A DNA stretch of 63,853 nucleotides, the filler included, from Reticulomyxa filosa (lineage: Eukaryota > Protista > Foraminifera), in assembly GCA_000512085.1 (NCBI GenBank). It is 13 parts of 13 records of this genome, joined end to end, with 100 filler letters (N's around TTAATTAATTAA, not from the genome) between each part and the next. Parts side by side here need not be neighbours in the genome. Positions count along the whole stretch, not along the records: positions 9,598 to 24,690 come from ASPP01024497.1; positions 24,791 to 27,475 come from ASPP01021029.1; 11 more parts are not named here. One strand, given 5' to 3'. A program made the translations under genes and the position numbers. Below, piece by piece: positions 12,477 to 25,681 of the stretch (position 1 is its first letter; every line of letters starts with the position of its first letter). Under the pieces are notes generated by a model. The model saw nothing but the letters and a program-made list of their open reading frames with translations. It was not told the origin of the DNA and searched no databases.

Positions 12477-14318
12477 CAGTAGAATGCAAAAGAAAGTTGA
12501 AACATAAAATGGCACATTATAAAGATAATGATTTTCTTCATGAAAAAACGACAGTTAGAAAAAATATACGGATCTTGTAGTTTCTAAATATTATTTTGGT
12601 TTTTTATTAAATCTTTAATAATTGTTTGAAAAATTTAAATAATTTTTTCGACAAATTTTCGTTTTAATAAGGAATTGGTTACTTTTTAAGTTTTTTTTGG
12701 AAATTTTTTGCCGTTTTTTTGTTTTTTTTACTGTTTTATTAAAATTATCATTTATGTTCTTTTTTATTTTCTAAAATACAGTATTTGCAAAAAAACTGAC
12801 ACACCTAAATGGCATTATATGAAGAGAACCGATTTTCTCCATGAAAAATAAAGATTTAAACCTAATTTTTCTTTAAATATATAATAATCTTGTAGTTTTT
12901 AAATATGAAATTGGTTTTATAATAAGTTTTTCTATGTTGATCAAAATTTCGTAATTTTTAACAAAATTTTTTTAAAAAATATTTTTTTGTTAAAAATTTA
13001 TTTTCTTGTAATATTTTTACCATTTTGTTGATTTTCCTTGTGCATTGATTAGCTTCAATTCTCATTGGCATTGACTCAACTAGAGCTTGACATATTTAAA
13101 TGTCAGTTTTTTCAAATATTTTTTCAAATTTTTCCCAAAGTTATTGTTTGTTGTTAATTTTTTTGCCTTTGTATAATTTTACTTTAATTATCCACCAAAT
13201 GTTCTAAATTGGAGTTAGGGCTTCTAATACCTCTTTATAAATTTCAGAGTTCATACCACCTTCTATCTTGCAGGCATTACCAACACCTTTTGCACCAAAG
13301 CAAGCCCAAATCATGATACTTCCTCCACCAAACATATATCTTTTAATTATCCACATGTCTCCTAAATTTTGTTTTGGTTTTTTCCATACATATTTTATTC
13401 CATCACTTCTACATAAATTAATTTTTGTTTCATATGAAAAATGACTTTTTTCCAATTATCTACAGTCCAGTGTTTATATAAATTTGCAAATTCTAACATT
13501 ACTTTGATATGACTATCGTCTAAATCTTTTCTTCTTAGTTACTGCTATCAAATTATTTCTATTTAGAGTTCTGGTTACATGTTCATAAGAAACTTTGATT
13601 TCACAATAATCATCTAACTCTTTTTTGACGTTTTTTGCAGTTTCGCACTTTCAAAAAACAAGCAATATCACAATTTTACGCTGGACTCGCAAATGAATCT
13701 TCTATGACCTTCCAAAACCAACTTTTCTTTTTACTGTTCAATAATAAAGAAAATTAGAAAAATAAATAAATTTAATATTTAAAAACTACAAGATTAGTAG
13801 ATATTTTTTAAAAAAATTAGTTTTAAATCTTTATTTTTCATGGAGAAAATCGACTCTCTTCATATAATGCCATTTAGATATTGCAGTTTTTTGCAATATA
13901 CTGTAGTTACAATAACCAAAATGATGTTTGAAATTCTTGTTTGATTTATTTTAATCAATATTTATATAGTTTATTATTGTCAGTATCACTTGAACAAAGA
14001 TAGATTATAACTCTATTAATGATTTTTCAACAAATTTTGTTTATTTGTTTTCATTGATAAATCGTGGAAAATATTATGGTGGAACATTTTAAAGTTGGCA
14101 AATTTCATTATTACAATGTAGTCACAACAATTTTGAAAAATCAATACAATATTCAAACAATTAGTAAATATTTAATAAAAAACAAAACAATATTTAAAAA
14201 CTACACTATTCATAGATTTTTTCAAAACAAATTAGGTCTAAATGCTGTTTCTTCGTGAAGAAAATCAATCCTATATAAGATGCCATTTTAGGTGTCAACT
14301 TTCTTTTGCATTTTACTG
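12477..14318. mobile_element. Non-autonomous Tc1/mariner-type element (outer element) interrupted by a second Tc1 element
   Basis: TA|CAGTAGAATGCAAAAGAAAGTTGA..AAAATGGCA at the left end and TGCCATTTTAGGTGTCAACTTTCTTTTGCATTTTACTG|TA at the right end; TA duplications at 12475-12476 and 14319-14320. Confidence 0.85.
12779..13903 (-). mobile_element. Tc1-like DNA transposon with long TIRs and a decayed, internally deleted transposase
   Basis: TA|CAGTATTTGCAAAAAAACTG..AAATGGCATTATATGAAGAGA..TTTTCTCCATGAAAAATAAAGATTTAAA inverted at 13780-13903|TA; transposase remnants WTVDNWKKV, FS(Y)ETKINL..SDG..YVW, GGGSIMIWACF, MNSEIYKEVL with stops and frameshifts. Confidence 0.92.
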
Positions 14319-14885
14319 TAGTTATTTTGCAAATATATTCATTTGCATTCAGAATATAACTATGTTGAGACCTTGTCAGTTCAATGAAAAAACTTAAAAA
14401 TGAAATTACAAAGCAACTACAGTCAAATAGACCTACGCTTTTCTTTTAAAAATAATTTAGAACAGAGCAGTAAGTGTCTTCTGCTCCAATGAACAAAAGC
14501 CTTTATTAGTTTTGCCAACTTAGATGGCTCGGAAGTTTTTATAACAATCTAAGCAAGAGTGTTTGTTTTCAGGTAAGAACTTAACTTCCCGGAGGGTGGT
14601 TTTGATGAAAAAGTTCAATCAACAGCTAATAATAAACAAAACAAAACAAAACTACGTAGCAAGGTGACCAGATTCTAAAATCATTTCTCCACCAAGAAAA
14701 CAAATAACCAAAATACAAAGACAAAAAATAAAAACAAAACACCCTCAGATACAAGAATGTTTTGAAAGGGAAAAAAGAGGAGGCTAATGAATGCAAAAAG
14801 ACACCTAGGTACTTTGAGCAAACAACTTTTCAAATGCTACAAAAAAAAAAAAAAGGTATTAAAGCGTGCAAAGAGCATATAATCA

Positions 14886-16840
14886 TTATTCTAGTGCAAA
14901 TGACTTTTCCTGACTCGCCATAAAATCGCTGCTCGATTTTAAACGACTACCATGATAACTTGTTGTGACAAATATTTCATTGCTTGAAGGAGTGCTATGT
15001 GCAAATCGTCTACTTCTGCTCTTGAGCGGACGTTTGGAAACGGCAGTTACAGCGCTCTCTCTATCTACACGAATACCTTCATTGATATCAATGTCCAACG
15101 ATCGATACATAAAAGAAGGTGCACGAGGTGAGTCCACGACTTGCAGCGCAGTTTTCATATCGTCCACAGTGTGAAAATCGACATAACAACAAGTGTGAGC
15201 ACCTTGACGTCGTCCCCACCGTATATCTTTGACATCGATACCTATTTGCTTGAAATAATCGATGACATGTTTGTCAGAGGCGCTCGAAGGCATATTCCCC
15301 AACCATACGCAGTACGGCGGATGAACTGGAATGGGATACGAGTAATGGCGTTGCTCCAAGGGTATCTCGTCCTGTTTGTTATTCTTCAGACGAGACGTGT
15401 ATCCGGCATTGTCATGTAACTGCTCAGTCGCTTGGCTCATGCTCGAATCGTATTCACTCATCTTCGACGATGCGATATCACGTGGTGTGTCGTATTCGGA
15501 GAAATGAGCACCGGCCATCGAATTCATCCAATTTTGGGACGTATTGTTGGAATTTATGTGGCTGTTTTTGCTATTGTGATTATGATTGAGATTGAGATTG
15601 AGATTGGAGTTAGGGTTAGGGTTAGGGTTAGGGTTGGAGTTGGGACTAGTGCTGAGGTTGTAATTATTGCTATGATTATAATTATTGCTATGGCTGTGAT
15701 TATTGGAATGGACTGGCGAAGTCATTGTCTTTGAATTGCTTGTCTTTAATGATGCACCAGAACTCGAAGTTGAAAACATTAACAATGGCAGCTGAGCCAT
15801 ATTTGGAGTAATCGGCTGAAAATGAGGATCAACGACCACGTTTTCCATCGTTGTGTGTGTGTGGCTTTTCATTGAGGACGGGCTGCTTATTTGTGGAACT
15901 GCGCTGGGATTGCAACTGATATTGCTTGGTAACAATTGTTGCATTGCCACTGGCTGTTGTCTGCCTGTTGTTTTTTTTTCATTTTACTGTAGGAGATATG
16001 CTTTCCATTATTTGTATTTTCAACACTCTGCAACCAGAGATGAAAAAAAAAAAAATATCATTAAGAAAAGTACCCACCAGTGTTTGTGGACATCCAATTT
16101 GAATTGACGTCAACGTATCCTTGAGATTGATATGGCTTTTTTTTTTTGAGTGTTGATGTCACAAGCATACAAATAACGCTTTTTTTGTCGGGCCTGAAGA
16201 AAGGATAGAAAACAAAAACAAAACGTGACACATACCAATTGATATGCTGGAGAAAAAATGGGGTGTGGCAGACGCCCTCGATTTAACTGTGCATTTTGTT
16301 GAAGACACAACACATAAGCTTCCAACTGTCGAATGTACTCAATGACACGAGGGTCTTGAATTTGGTGCAATGGCAACTTTTGGCCGGTTAATGTGGTGTG
16401 GGTTTGAACGTTTGGCGCTTGCGTTCATTTTTTTTTTTTGGTCGAGCAAAAAACAAAAAAAAATTGACAACAAAAGATTGTGCATGTATTTTTCATAATA
16501 CAAAACAAAAAATTCTTGGCAAGAGAAAGAAAACCTTCGCTCATGCCTGGTACGGCAGACGGCAATTCTGAAGGCTTAAAGGTTCCACTTTGAGTCCACA
16601 AAATAGAACTGTTGGAATCAACAAAGATTTGTCTCGATATGTCACTACGCTCAGTTGGGGATGCAACTATTTTAGTTGAGTTGTCTTCGTCCGCTTGAGA
16701 TTCTCGTCTGTGCTGATGCAAGGTGTTTGGTAATTTGATTTCAAGTAATCCTTTAAATTGTTGTTTTCAGTTGTTGGCTCGCTTTTATTCTTTGCTATGT
16801 CCTTATTTTCTACGTTTGTATTTTCACTTTTTTCATTTTG

Positions 16841-16872
<32 letters not shown>

Positions 16873-17430
16873 TGTTATTCTCACTATTACTATTCTCACT
16901 ATTACTATTCTCATTATTACTATTCTCATTATTGCTATTCTCTTTTTCCTCGTTTTTATGTATTTTTTGGGTTTCACTTTGATTATCATTGCACTTTTCA
17001 TTTGCGACGGCACTCAATGACAAGGCCAAAGCGCTGTCATTTAGATCATTGCTATTACTGCTATACATCGGAGCAACAGACTGCAGCGTGGGGGTTGATG
17101 CAACTGATATGGTGCTCCCGCTGGACTTTGCATTCGATGATGTGTGCTCTTGGCTTTGTATTTGTTGATGTTCTTGGATTAATTGGTTTTGGCTCGGACG
17201 TAACACTTTGGCTTAATTTAAAAAAAGTACCAACTTTTGTTGTTCATTTTCCGTTTCTAATCAAACCAGACAAAAATAAAAAAGGTACCCGATTCATCTG
17301 AAGCACGGTAAAACATCTGTCTCAATTCTTCATGTCGTGATTGCTCAAGAGTTTTTGGAAACTTTGATCCTTCTTCCGATTCAGACTCACTCTCCTTATT
17401 TTCCACTTCATCGGGATGTGCCCAGCCTAT
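14886..17430 (-). CDS. Low-complexity (Asn/Ser/Gln-rich) RNA-binding protein with a C-terminal RRM; multi-exon, 5' end uncertain
   Basis: YCVWLGNMP (RNP2), CCYVDF (RNP1), LDIDI; upstream ORFs 16110-16376, 16425-16721, 16667-17206 and an exon near 17290-17430 are linked by GT-AG introns. Confidence 0.78.
16842..16940. repeat. Coding microsatellite and 15-mer tandem repeats (poly-Asn, NENSN)
   Basis: (TTA)n followed by about 4 copies of TATTCTCA(C/T)TATTAC. Confidence 0.8.
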
Positions 17431-19255
17431 AAGCAAACAAAAAGCAAACAGAAAAAGTCTCTTTCACAAATTATACTCTCAGGGACTTTCCGCATAACAC
17501 TAAACTTTTATGAGCCGATTCTTTCATATTTCTCTGATTGTATTCCACGTCGCACCAGGTGAAAGCAACCAATTTTTGATCTCTAAAAAAAAACGACCCC
17601 TTTTCGTTACAAATTTTCTCCATTCAGTCGTGAAATGAATATGCAAACACTACAATATGAATTTGGTATTTAAGTACTCGTGATGCACAAAAGTTTTCAC
17701 ATCTGAAAAGGTCAAACTTCAAATCTGCCATTGGGTTATTTCGATCAAAAAGGTAAGAACAAGAGACCTTGCATCTTCAATGAAAAAGCAGAGCAATTCT
17801 GTACCATAAAGTATTATGGTTCTCTTCAATCAACAACTCGTTTTTTCGTGTAACTTTCTTAAAAAATTTTTTACAAGATTTTTATTTATTTGAAAGTGCC
17901 TCGCCTCAGACCTCTGGTGACAATAGCCGTTGACCAAGTCTTTCCTCGACACTAGTTCGTTGTGTATCAATTTTTCACTGTATACAAGGTGAAACGCTGA
18001 AAGAGAGCAGCACGTAAAGTTTTGGAATTTGTTAACCAGTTATTTAAACTTGAAAAATGTCGGGACATGAGAATTATCTCAGAATTTGGATTGTTAAACG
18101 TGTGGAGTGCATTAGCGTTTCTATGCGCACAACGTTATTAATAATTCGATTTATGAATAAGAAAAGTTGCAAAAGCATGATCCGTAACGGGGAAAAGAGT
18201 ACGAATAACAGGGTTGTAGTGAGTTCGGCATGGATTTAACCTATACCAAAGTAAAAGGATATTTTGGGGATTCAATTTGTGTTTCGCGCTTTTATTTGTA
18301 ACTGTATTTTTGATTATTTGTACCTACATTTCCAGAATTTCGTATCCACTATTTTATGTTTGTTTTGGAAATAATGTATACCAAAAAATGGAATAAGCAA
18401 AGAAAGGAAATATTCCAGAAAGTAACTATTCCTGGAACCTTTGTTGTATACGTAGCAATGTCCGACATGTGCTACCAGTTTTTTTTAAGAAAGAAAGGGT
18501 TTAAGTGCACATTACATTGAAGATATTTTTGAAATATAATGGCAAAAAAAGCAGAAAAACAATACAGAGATTGGAAAAAACGATAAAGAGGACACTGAGC
18601 AAAAAAATTAATAAAAAAATGATCAAAAAAAAAAACTGATGTGACAAATCACACTGGTGTTCATTTTAAAAGCCTGGACAGAGACAGTCATATCTATGCT
18701 TACCGTAAATATCTATAGTTTTGTTATAGGCCATGAACATACAATTTTATTTATGCAATACTATTGCAATATTTTTGTTATTTCCTGACGTTCACAAAAT
18801 TTATTTAGTACTTGATTTGTTGTGCTTGACTTGACATTGCAAAAAAATTTTTGGAGAGTAACCATCTTTCAGAAAATAAAAAAGTATCTGTTATTCTTCT
18901 TGCTGGACATATTTTTTAGTCTCTCCGTGTGACATTTCGAATTAGTCCATTACATTGCACTAAATTTAAATTTGTTCTTTTGTTATAAACGTCTACATTT
19001 TGATTAAAGATTTTTATTTCAAACTTCAACAAATGTATTATATAGCATCAAATTGTGCACTTTGTTGTGTGGCTGTTGTGACACTAAGCGTTAGTTTTAC
19101 GTAGTTGATATAGCACTACTTAATTTTTTATAAAAACATGATTTTAGTAACATTTTTTCCTGTTTTGTGATAGTTCTCAACCAACAAGTAGGGTCTTCAA
19201 AAGTTCTTTTGGTTTAGCTTTTTTTATATCGTTGGCATAGCATAATCAGACAAAG

Positions 19256-20941
19256 ATGACAGAACGTCTGGCTCGAGAAAATTTGAAATGTCGTGAGGAA
19301 TTGAGCCGTCTTCAAAAATTAGAAATCAATCGATATTGTGCAGACTGTGGACAAAAGCAAGCCTCTTGGTGTTCGACAAACATAGGAGTATTTGTATGTA
19401 TCCGATGTTCTGGTGTCCATCGCAACTTGGGTGTTCACATATCGAAAGTAAAGTCATCCACGTTAGACGGATGGACAAAGCAATTGTTAGACCACTTCAA
19501 AATGCAAGGTGGTAATGAAATTGTGAATTCGATTTACGAGGCCAAAATGCCAAGAGATGCGAAGCCGAATTCAAATACAAGCGTATATGAACTGGAGAAA
19601 TTTATTCGGGACAAATACGAAAGAAAGCTGTGGTACTCTGAAAAAAAGTCGCAAAAATGGAAGGTTAAAAGTTTGTATACAACGTAGGTATTCTTTTTTT
19701 TTTTATCGTTTTTTAATTGTCGCCTTTGTGGTACATGAATTTTTTGAATGGCAATACACAGAAAAAACTCACTGAAGAAAAGAATTCATCCAAGAAAGAA
19801 ACAGAACAAGTTATTATTTTTTATACATACAAAAAAAAAAGCATGCGACTGAAATTATTGGTATAAACAACAGGAAGAAAACGAAAATGAAAATAATTTG
19901 AAAAGCAAGCAAAAAAATAGTCTGAACCACAAAAAACAAGAGCTTGAATCTGATTCAACAGCATCGTCTTTGTCTACACAAGTTTTTTTTTCTTTTCTAT
20001 TGTCCTGAGTTAAAAAAAACAAAACAGGTACCCAACGTATAGCCTTTTTTTGGGGGGATGGATGGCACAGAGAAGAAAAAGTACGAAGGAAAAAGAGAGA
20101 CCTCCAGATTTGCTCACATTTGACCATGGAAAAAGTGGACAAGATAAAGCGAAAGAAACAAAAGAATTGGGATCATCTCAACAATACAACAAAGGGTGGA
20201 TGAAGTTTGGAGATGACAATGATTCAATTGTAATCCAACCTACGACGAATGAAGATGCAGCAGATTGGTTGCAATCTGTGATTGTAAATGACGATGTCCA
20301 ATCTTCAAAAAGCAACGATTTATTCGACAAAAGCGATACCCCCACGAATGGTACATTTGGAACGACCCAAGAACAAAAACAAAAAAAAGCTGAGCAAAGC
20401 AAAAATTCCATTTTAGAAAAATTCAAAGAAATTAATCCCAACCTTGTTGTTCCACAACATCAACATGTCATGCCAACTCAAGGCCTTATCACTCAATTTC
20501 CTTTTCCTTCTGGTTGTTTACTTAAATAATTTTTTTTCCGTATTTTTGCTGTCTTTATTGGAAACGTACACGTGAAAAAAAAAGGAGGAATGGGAATGCC
20601 ACAAACAGTACCACATTACCCTATGATGATGCAACAAGGTTGTGTTGCACCTCCACAAGTTGGGATTAATCAGTACCCAATCACAGCTAATGTGATGTTA
20701 AACAATGGATACCCGAATCTCCAATTTCCAAACGTAAACGTATATTCTTCTCCTTATGCCCAATCGCCACAATCATTTCACAGGGTCGCTTCGGCTCACA
20801 GTTATTTATGTATCCTTTCTTCTTGCGATTTTGTTATCGAATCACTTGCTTGCTTGCACAGATACGTGGGAGTACTATCCTCAAGTAAATCACGTCAATA
20901 ATCAAGCCCAAAACGACTTTTCCAAAAACTTAAGCTTTTGA
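19256..20941 (+). CDS. ArfGAP, SMAP-like, multi-exon
   Basis: CADC-x16-CIRC-x4-R ArfGAP zinc finger, HISKVKS.TLD.W, FIRDKYE; C-terminal clathrin-box-like DLLTFD, WMKF (WxxF) and Met/Pro/Gln-rich tail. Confidence 0.93.
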
Positions 20942-21237
20942 CAACTATCGCATTTTGGACAAGTAAGGAAGGGCCATACTTTTTTTTAAAAGTTGTGAAT
21001 AATTTTTTGAAAAACGCGTTTTTTTTCTTTGTGTAGAGCTTTCAAGGAAATTGCAATGGGAATGGGTTTAAAAAAGTGTTTGGATAACTTGTGTACAATT
21101 CAGTGAGTCCTAAACAAATGGGACAAACAAAAGTTTGTTTTATTCTTCAAAGTATTTTAAAAAAAAGGAGCTTATTGCCAACAGAAACGCAGTCACTGGC
21201 AGTGTGGTAGAAATGATTTTTTCTGTCAAATGAATTG

Positions 21238-23592
21238 TTACGTTGATTGATTTGTGTTCCAACAAAAAGATCCGTCTTTAGAATGCATAGCATGTACAGA
21301 AGGTTGTGCAACTAATTCTGGTCTTTTTTTTTTTAAATACTCCAAAAAGTGCTCAGACATTTCATCCAAAATAGGGATATGTTTGGATTGATTTGTGTAC
21401 AATGTATCACGGAACGCAAACTGTGTTTGTTGATTTTTATTTCGACTGTAATACTTTGTTATATTCCAATGCAGACTCCACGGAGGCCGATACATCCAAT
21501 GATCTGAGGCATGAATAACCACCAAAGGGCCATAAAAATGCATTGGATTAAGGGCGTCTGGCTTGTGTCCATAATTTCCCTGTAGCGTATCTGTTAACAA
21601 GAAAGTGATTTCTTCATCACTCATGTAAGAGAAAAGGAGCAATAAGTGTGTTCGAAGGGTACATACACGAAAGTTGATCTATCATTTGTTTTGTCTCCGT
21701 AGCAGAGCCATAGGAGTATTTCCGCCTCCAATCTTCCGGTTTATCGGCATGGACAATGGCATGGGACTGCTGGCGGTCTATGACATGGATCCACATTAAA
21801 TCTACAACCAACGGGTCGACGATCGCCTTTGGCATGGGTTCGATAATGAACACACATTGATGCCGTTGCAAAAACGTGTGAAATTTGTAGGTTTGACAAT
21901 CTGTCATCGAGGTAATATTTTCGACACAAGTGCTGCCAATGTATCGATACATTTCAAAGTAATTGACATGGAATTGCGTGCTCCACAAATCAATGACGTG
22001 TCGAATAGTAGCAAATGGGACAGGTGTGGAGTCAATCGAATAATGCGATCGAAGAGAATGAAACAGTAAGGTATTCGGAACAATCCACTCGTCTACATCA
22101 ATGATTGCAAGAAATGTATTGTCATGTCGAAATCGCTGCAAACAAGAATTTATTTGAGTGTGTTGAAAATACCAATTGCTATGAGGCAACGTGGAGCCAG
22201 GGACGTGGTACTTGATATATACCACCACTTTTTTGTCGATATAGGTGTTTAGAGATGAATACAACGTCGACGACCCATTTGGAGAATGCCAAGTGTGATC
22301 ATACAAATAAAAATGTTCAAAGCCATGAAAGATATAGTATTCTATCCATTGCTCTAACAGCAAATTTACCTTTTTTAAAAAAATTTATGTATACGATCCG
22401 TTATACGTATACAATATATATTTTTCTGTTTTTAAAAAAAAAAAGATATGGTTTCTCTGAACTTGGCCATATTTATCGGCTTTGGAATGAACCAAAGCAC
22501 AAAGACCCAATCGAAGCGGCCTTTGGTGACTTGCATTGGACAAAGGTGCAGGGTCATGTCTATACAAAGTTTTGGCATCATTAATGCGATATGTGGAACA
22601 CACTGCTGCAGTGACATTTGGAAACATAGTAACGATTGAATTAACTTGAGAGGTGTATTGAAGATATCGAGAAGAATAAATGTCAAACACAGTGACAGTA
22701 ATGTCGCTGGTAAAGTCACTGTTCAAAATTTTTGATTGAAAGTGTTTGACCGTGGATATATACGTATGCAGCACGCTGCGATTCTTGGACATGCTCGACG
22801 ATGAAGATGAGTCCATCCATCGCAAAACATGGGAATCCATCATATCACAATGGACTATCATATTGTATGCTCTTTTCTTTGCTTTTTTGGAAAATATCTT
22901 TTTATTGTCTTGCATTTGATATGAACACACGGTATCAATCGGTTTGCTAAATATTACCACTCTTTGCTTTGTCTTTCGGTCTTCAAACAAACACACGAAA
23001 CGTGCGTCGCAATAGTTCTTTAATACGTTGCTATTTGCCTCTGACCATAACTTTTGCGAGGTTCTCATTATTGCATCCGCTGGATTGAAATAACTTAGTG
23101 CGTCTGTTACAAATATCCATGCGGAGGTCCCATTGTTCTCACTCATCACCTCTTGCAATTTCAAGTACGAATACGTTTTGCGTCTTGGTTTTGATATTGA
23201 AATGTTGAAAAAATCATAGTTGCTAGGTCCACATTCGTTGTTTGTTCTAGTTTTTTTTTGCATGCTCTCTCCTTTCATTATCCGAAGAATACTGTTGGTC
23301 ACATGCGGATCAACTGTTAATAACGCACGCTCTAAAGGAGAGAGTGCTTGATATTGTGCATACAATTTGTCCACCCATAACCAAAAATTTTCCGTTACAA
23401 TCGATTCTGTTGCTTCCAATTTTATACTTGGGTTTCCCCTTATTTCAAATGGCTTCGATAAGTTCGGTCGGACTACAAATCAAGTGTTATGACCAACATG
23501 CCAAAAAAAACTAAACCAAAGCTTAAAATTGATAACAATAATCGCCTTTTGAAGAACTTGAAAAGAGCTATCATCACCAATTGACAAGGCAT
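21238..23592 (-). CDS. Type II membrane glycosyltransferase, GT92/DUF23-like GT-A fold, multi-exon
   Basis: N-terminal hydrophobic anchor; LEQWIEYYIFHGFEHFYLYD, QINSCLQRFRH..FLAIIDVDEWIVP (DxD), PKAIVDP, WIH; a canonical GT..CAG intron resolves the frame change near 21590-21670. Confidence 0.82.
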
Positions 23593-23876
23593 TACCTCAG
23601 CTGAGGCTTATTTGCAAACAAGCTCGTTTCCCCTTTTTAAAAGGTCGTACCTACACGCGGACTGTGGTTCTCGTAAAAGAGCTAGGAGTTAATGGCAAAG
23701 CCTTAAACTATTTATCTCATTTTGTTGCAAATGTTAAAGGCATTTTGCACATTTATTATCGAATAATCAAAACATTTTTAAATTGACAAATATTTTTTAA
23801 TGAACACATCAAAAAACTAGATGAATTTAGCAGAGCTATATTACAGCATAAACTAATCGTTCTTTCTTACCAAAAA

Positions 23877-24632
23877 TGGCACAAAGCAAAAAAGTGGATG
23901 TCTTTGGTCTGTGAACTTTTTCGGAACGTCTGGGAACTCCTTTGAAAAATAACTTGAGGTGGAGACAAGGAATCGTTTGTGTCTTCAGCGAAAGACAAAG
24001 AGGAAAAAAAAAAGGTGAAAAAAAAAAAGGGCGATGAAAGGAGAATGTTATGTAATGGGCGTAAATTGCAAAGTAGTACTTCCTGAGGAATGGAGAAGGA
24101 ACGAGTACATATTCTATAACACTTATTATCAGTTTGAAATGGAATTGGAAATAGATAAAAGTATTTGTAAAGAAGAAGAGTATAAGTTGGAAGCATGTTG
24201 TTGTGATGAGAAAGGAAAGCAATTGGAAAGCAATGAGTTTGTGATAAAGCCGTGGAAAACAAGTGGAATGAAAGGATGTTACGAGCAGAAAGTGGAATTC
24301 AACGAAGCAAAAAGCGCAGTCCAAAAAAGCAGAAGACAAGGAGAGAGATCGAAATGGAACGGATACAATGTAGAAGGAAAAAATGAAGAAGAAGAAGAAG
24401 AGGAAGACGAAGAGAATGAAAATGAAGAGAACGAAGAAGAGCAGCAACAAGGACGTGGAAGAAGAAAAAAAAGGAGAAAAAAGAACACACGATACAGTTG
24501 TATTATTTTTAAATTGTGCATTCATAAATTGTCATTGGAACATGGCAATAGTCCATTTCATATTCAATTTTTTTTGTGTGACGGCAATCAAAAGAGACAA
24601 TTGATTGACCGCACTTTTGGCGCCCGAGTCAT
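23877..24632 (+). CDS. Putative Ig-fold DNA-binding domain protein (CudA/plant STAT-like type), 3' truncated by contig end
   Basis: ATG at 23877, intron, ORF ending FKLCIHKLSLEHGNSPFHIQFFL..FGARV, resembling the FxxxIxxLSxxxxNxxFxIxF signature of CudA/STATL DNA-binding domains (recalled, not searched). Confidence 0.55.
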
Positions 24633-24652
24633 GTTATGTGTTATTGCAAACA

Positions 24653-24684
<32 letters not shown>

Positions 24685-24690
24685 GGGGGG

Positions 24691-24790
24691 NNNNNNNNNN
24701 NNNNNNNNNNNNNNNNNNNNNNNNNNNNNNNNNNTTAATTAATTAANNNNNNNNNNNNNNNNNNNNNNNNNNNNNNNNNNNNNNNNNNNN
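24691..24790. other. Artificial contig spacer
   Basis: N44-TTAATTAATTAA-N44. Confidence 0.98.
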
Positions 24791-24826
<36 letters not shown>

Positions 24827-24827
<1 letters not shown>

Positions 24828-25640
24828 GAGAGTTCAAAAAACAAAAATAATCCGAAAAAAGAAGAAAAAATGGCCAAGGGAACAGAGAGTGAATTGACGA
24901 ATGGACACTGGTGGGAGAATGTTGGATTCGATGCATCTTGCCATTTGTGCAGTGAAGACTTTTCGGATGATAGAAGTTACACGAATCATTTGAAAGGCAT
25001 CCATTACACTGGCGAGTACAACGAGACGTTGGGCACGAGGCTACAATGGCTGCAATGTCCGAGCAACGATTGCAACGGCAAAAAGTCGCGACACTCGACC
25101 AACTTTGTGGCACATTTGATTATGCACTATCACAAAGATAAGCGGCCGTATGCGTGCAAAGTCAAAGGATGCGATGTCCGAGCATCGACCCGACAAAACA
25201 TGAAGTTGCATCTACGCAAAAGTCATTTGATCTGTGTGGAGTACGAACCTTGCAATAACAATAACAACAGCAATAGCAATAGTAATAGCAATAGCAATAG
25301 CAATAACAATAACAATAACAATAACAATAGTAATGTTAACTTAGCCCGTGATACCGACAAAAGCGTTTCCAAACCAAAAAAGCGAAAACAAAGCGACGAT
25401 ATTCCAGAACGAGCATTATCATCTTTATCTGCATCTGCATTAGTATCCGCATCTGCATTTGCATCTGCATCGTCGTCGTCGTCTCCATCCTCTTCACGTG
25501 CATCTTCTGCAGCCTCATCTCCAGCGGCTTCTTCAATGTCCTCCTCCTCCTCTTCTTCTTCTGCGGCTGCTGCTTCTTCTTCTTCTTCCGCTGACTCACT
25601 ATCGGGAGCTCGCTCTTCTTCTGCTTCTCCCTCCTCGTCG

Positions 25641-25681
<41 letters not shown>

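Noticed and set aside
15610-15633. (TTAGGG)4 telomere-like repeat
   Set aside because: Lies in frame in the RRM gene, encodes NPNPNP on the minus strand and grades into related hexamers; best explained as a coding microsatellite
17950-19250. Long intergenic stretch examined for tRNA, snRNA or snoRNA genes
   Set aside because: No cloverleaf, box motifs or stable hairpin could be supported by eye
21590-21670. Apparent frameshift in the GT92 gene
   Set aside because: Resolved by a canonical T|GTATG..TTAACAG|AT intron
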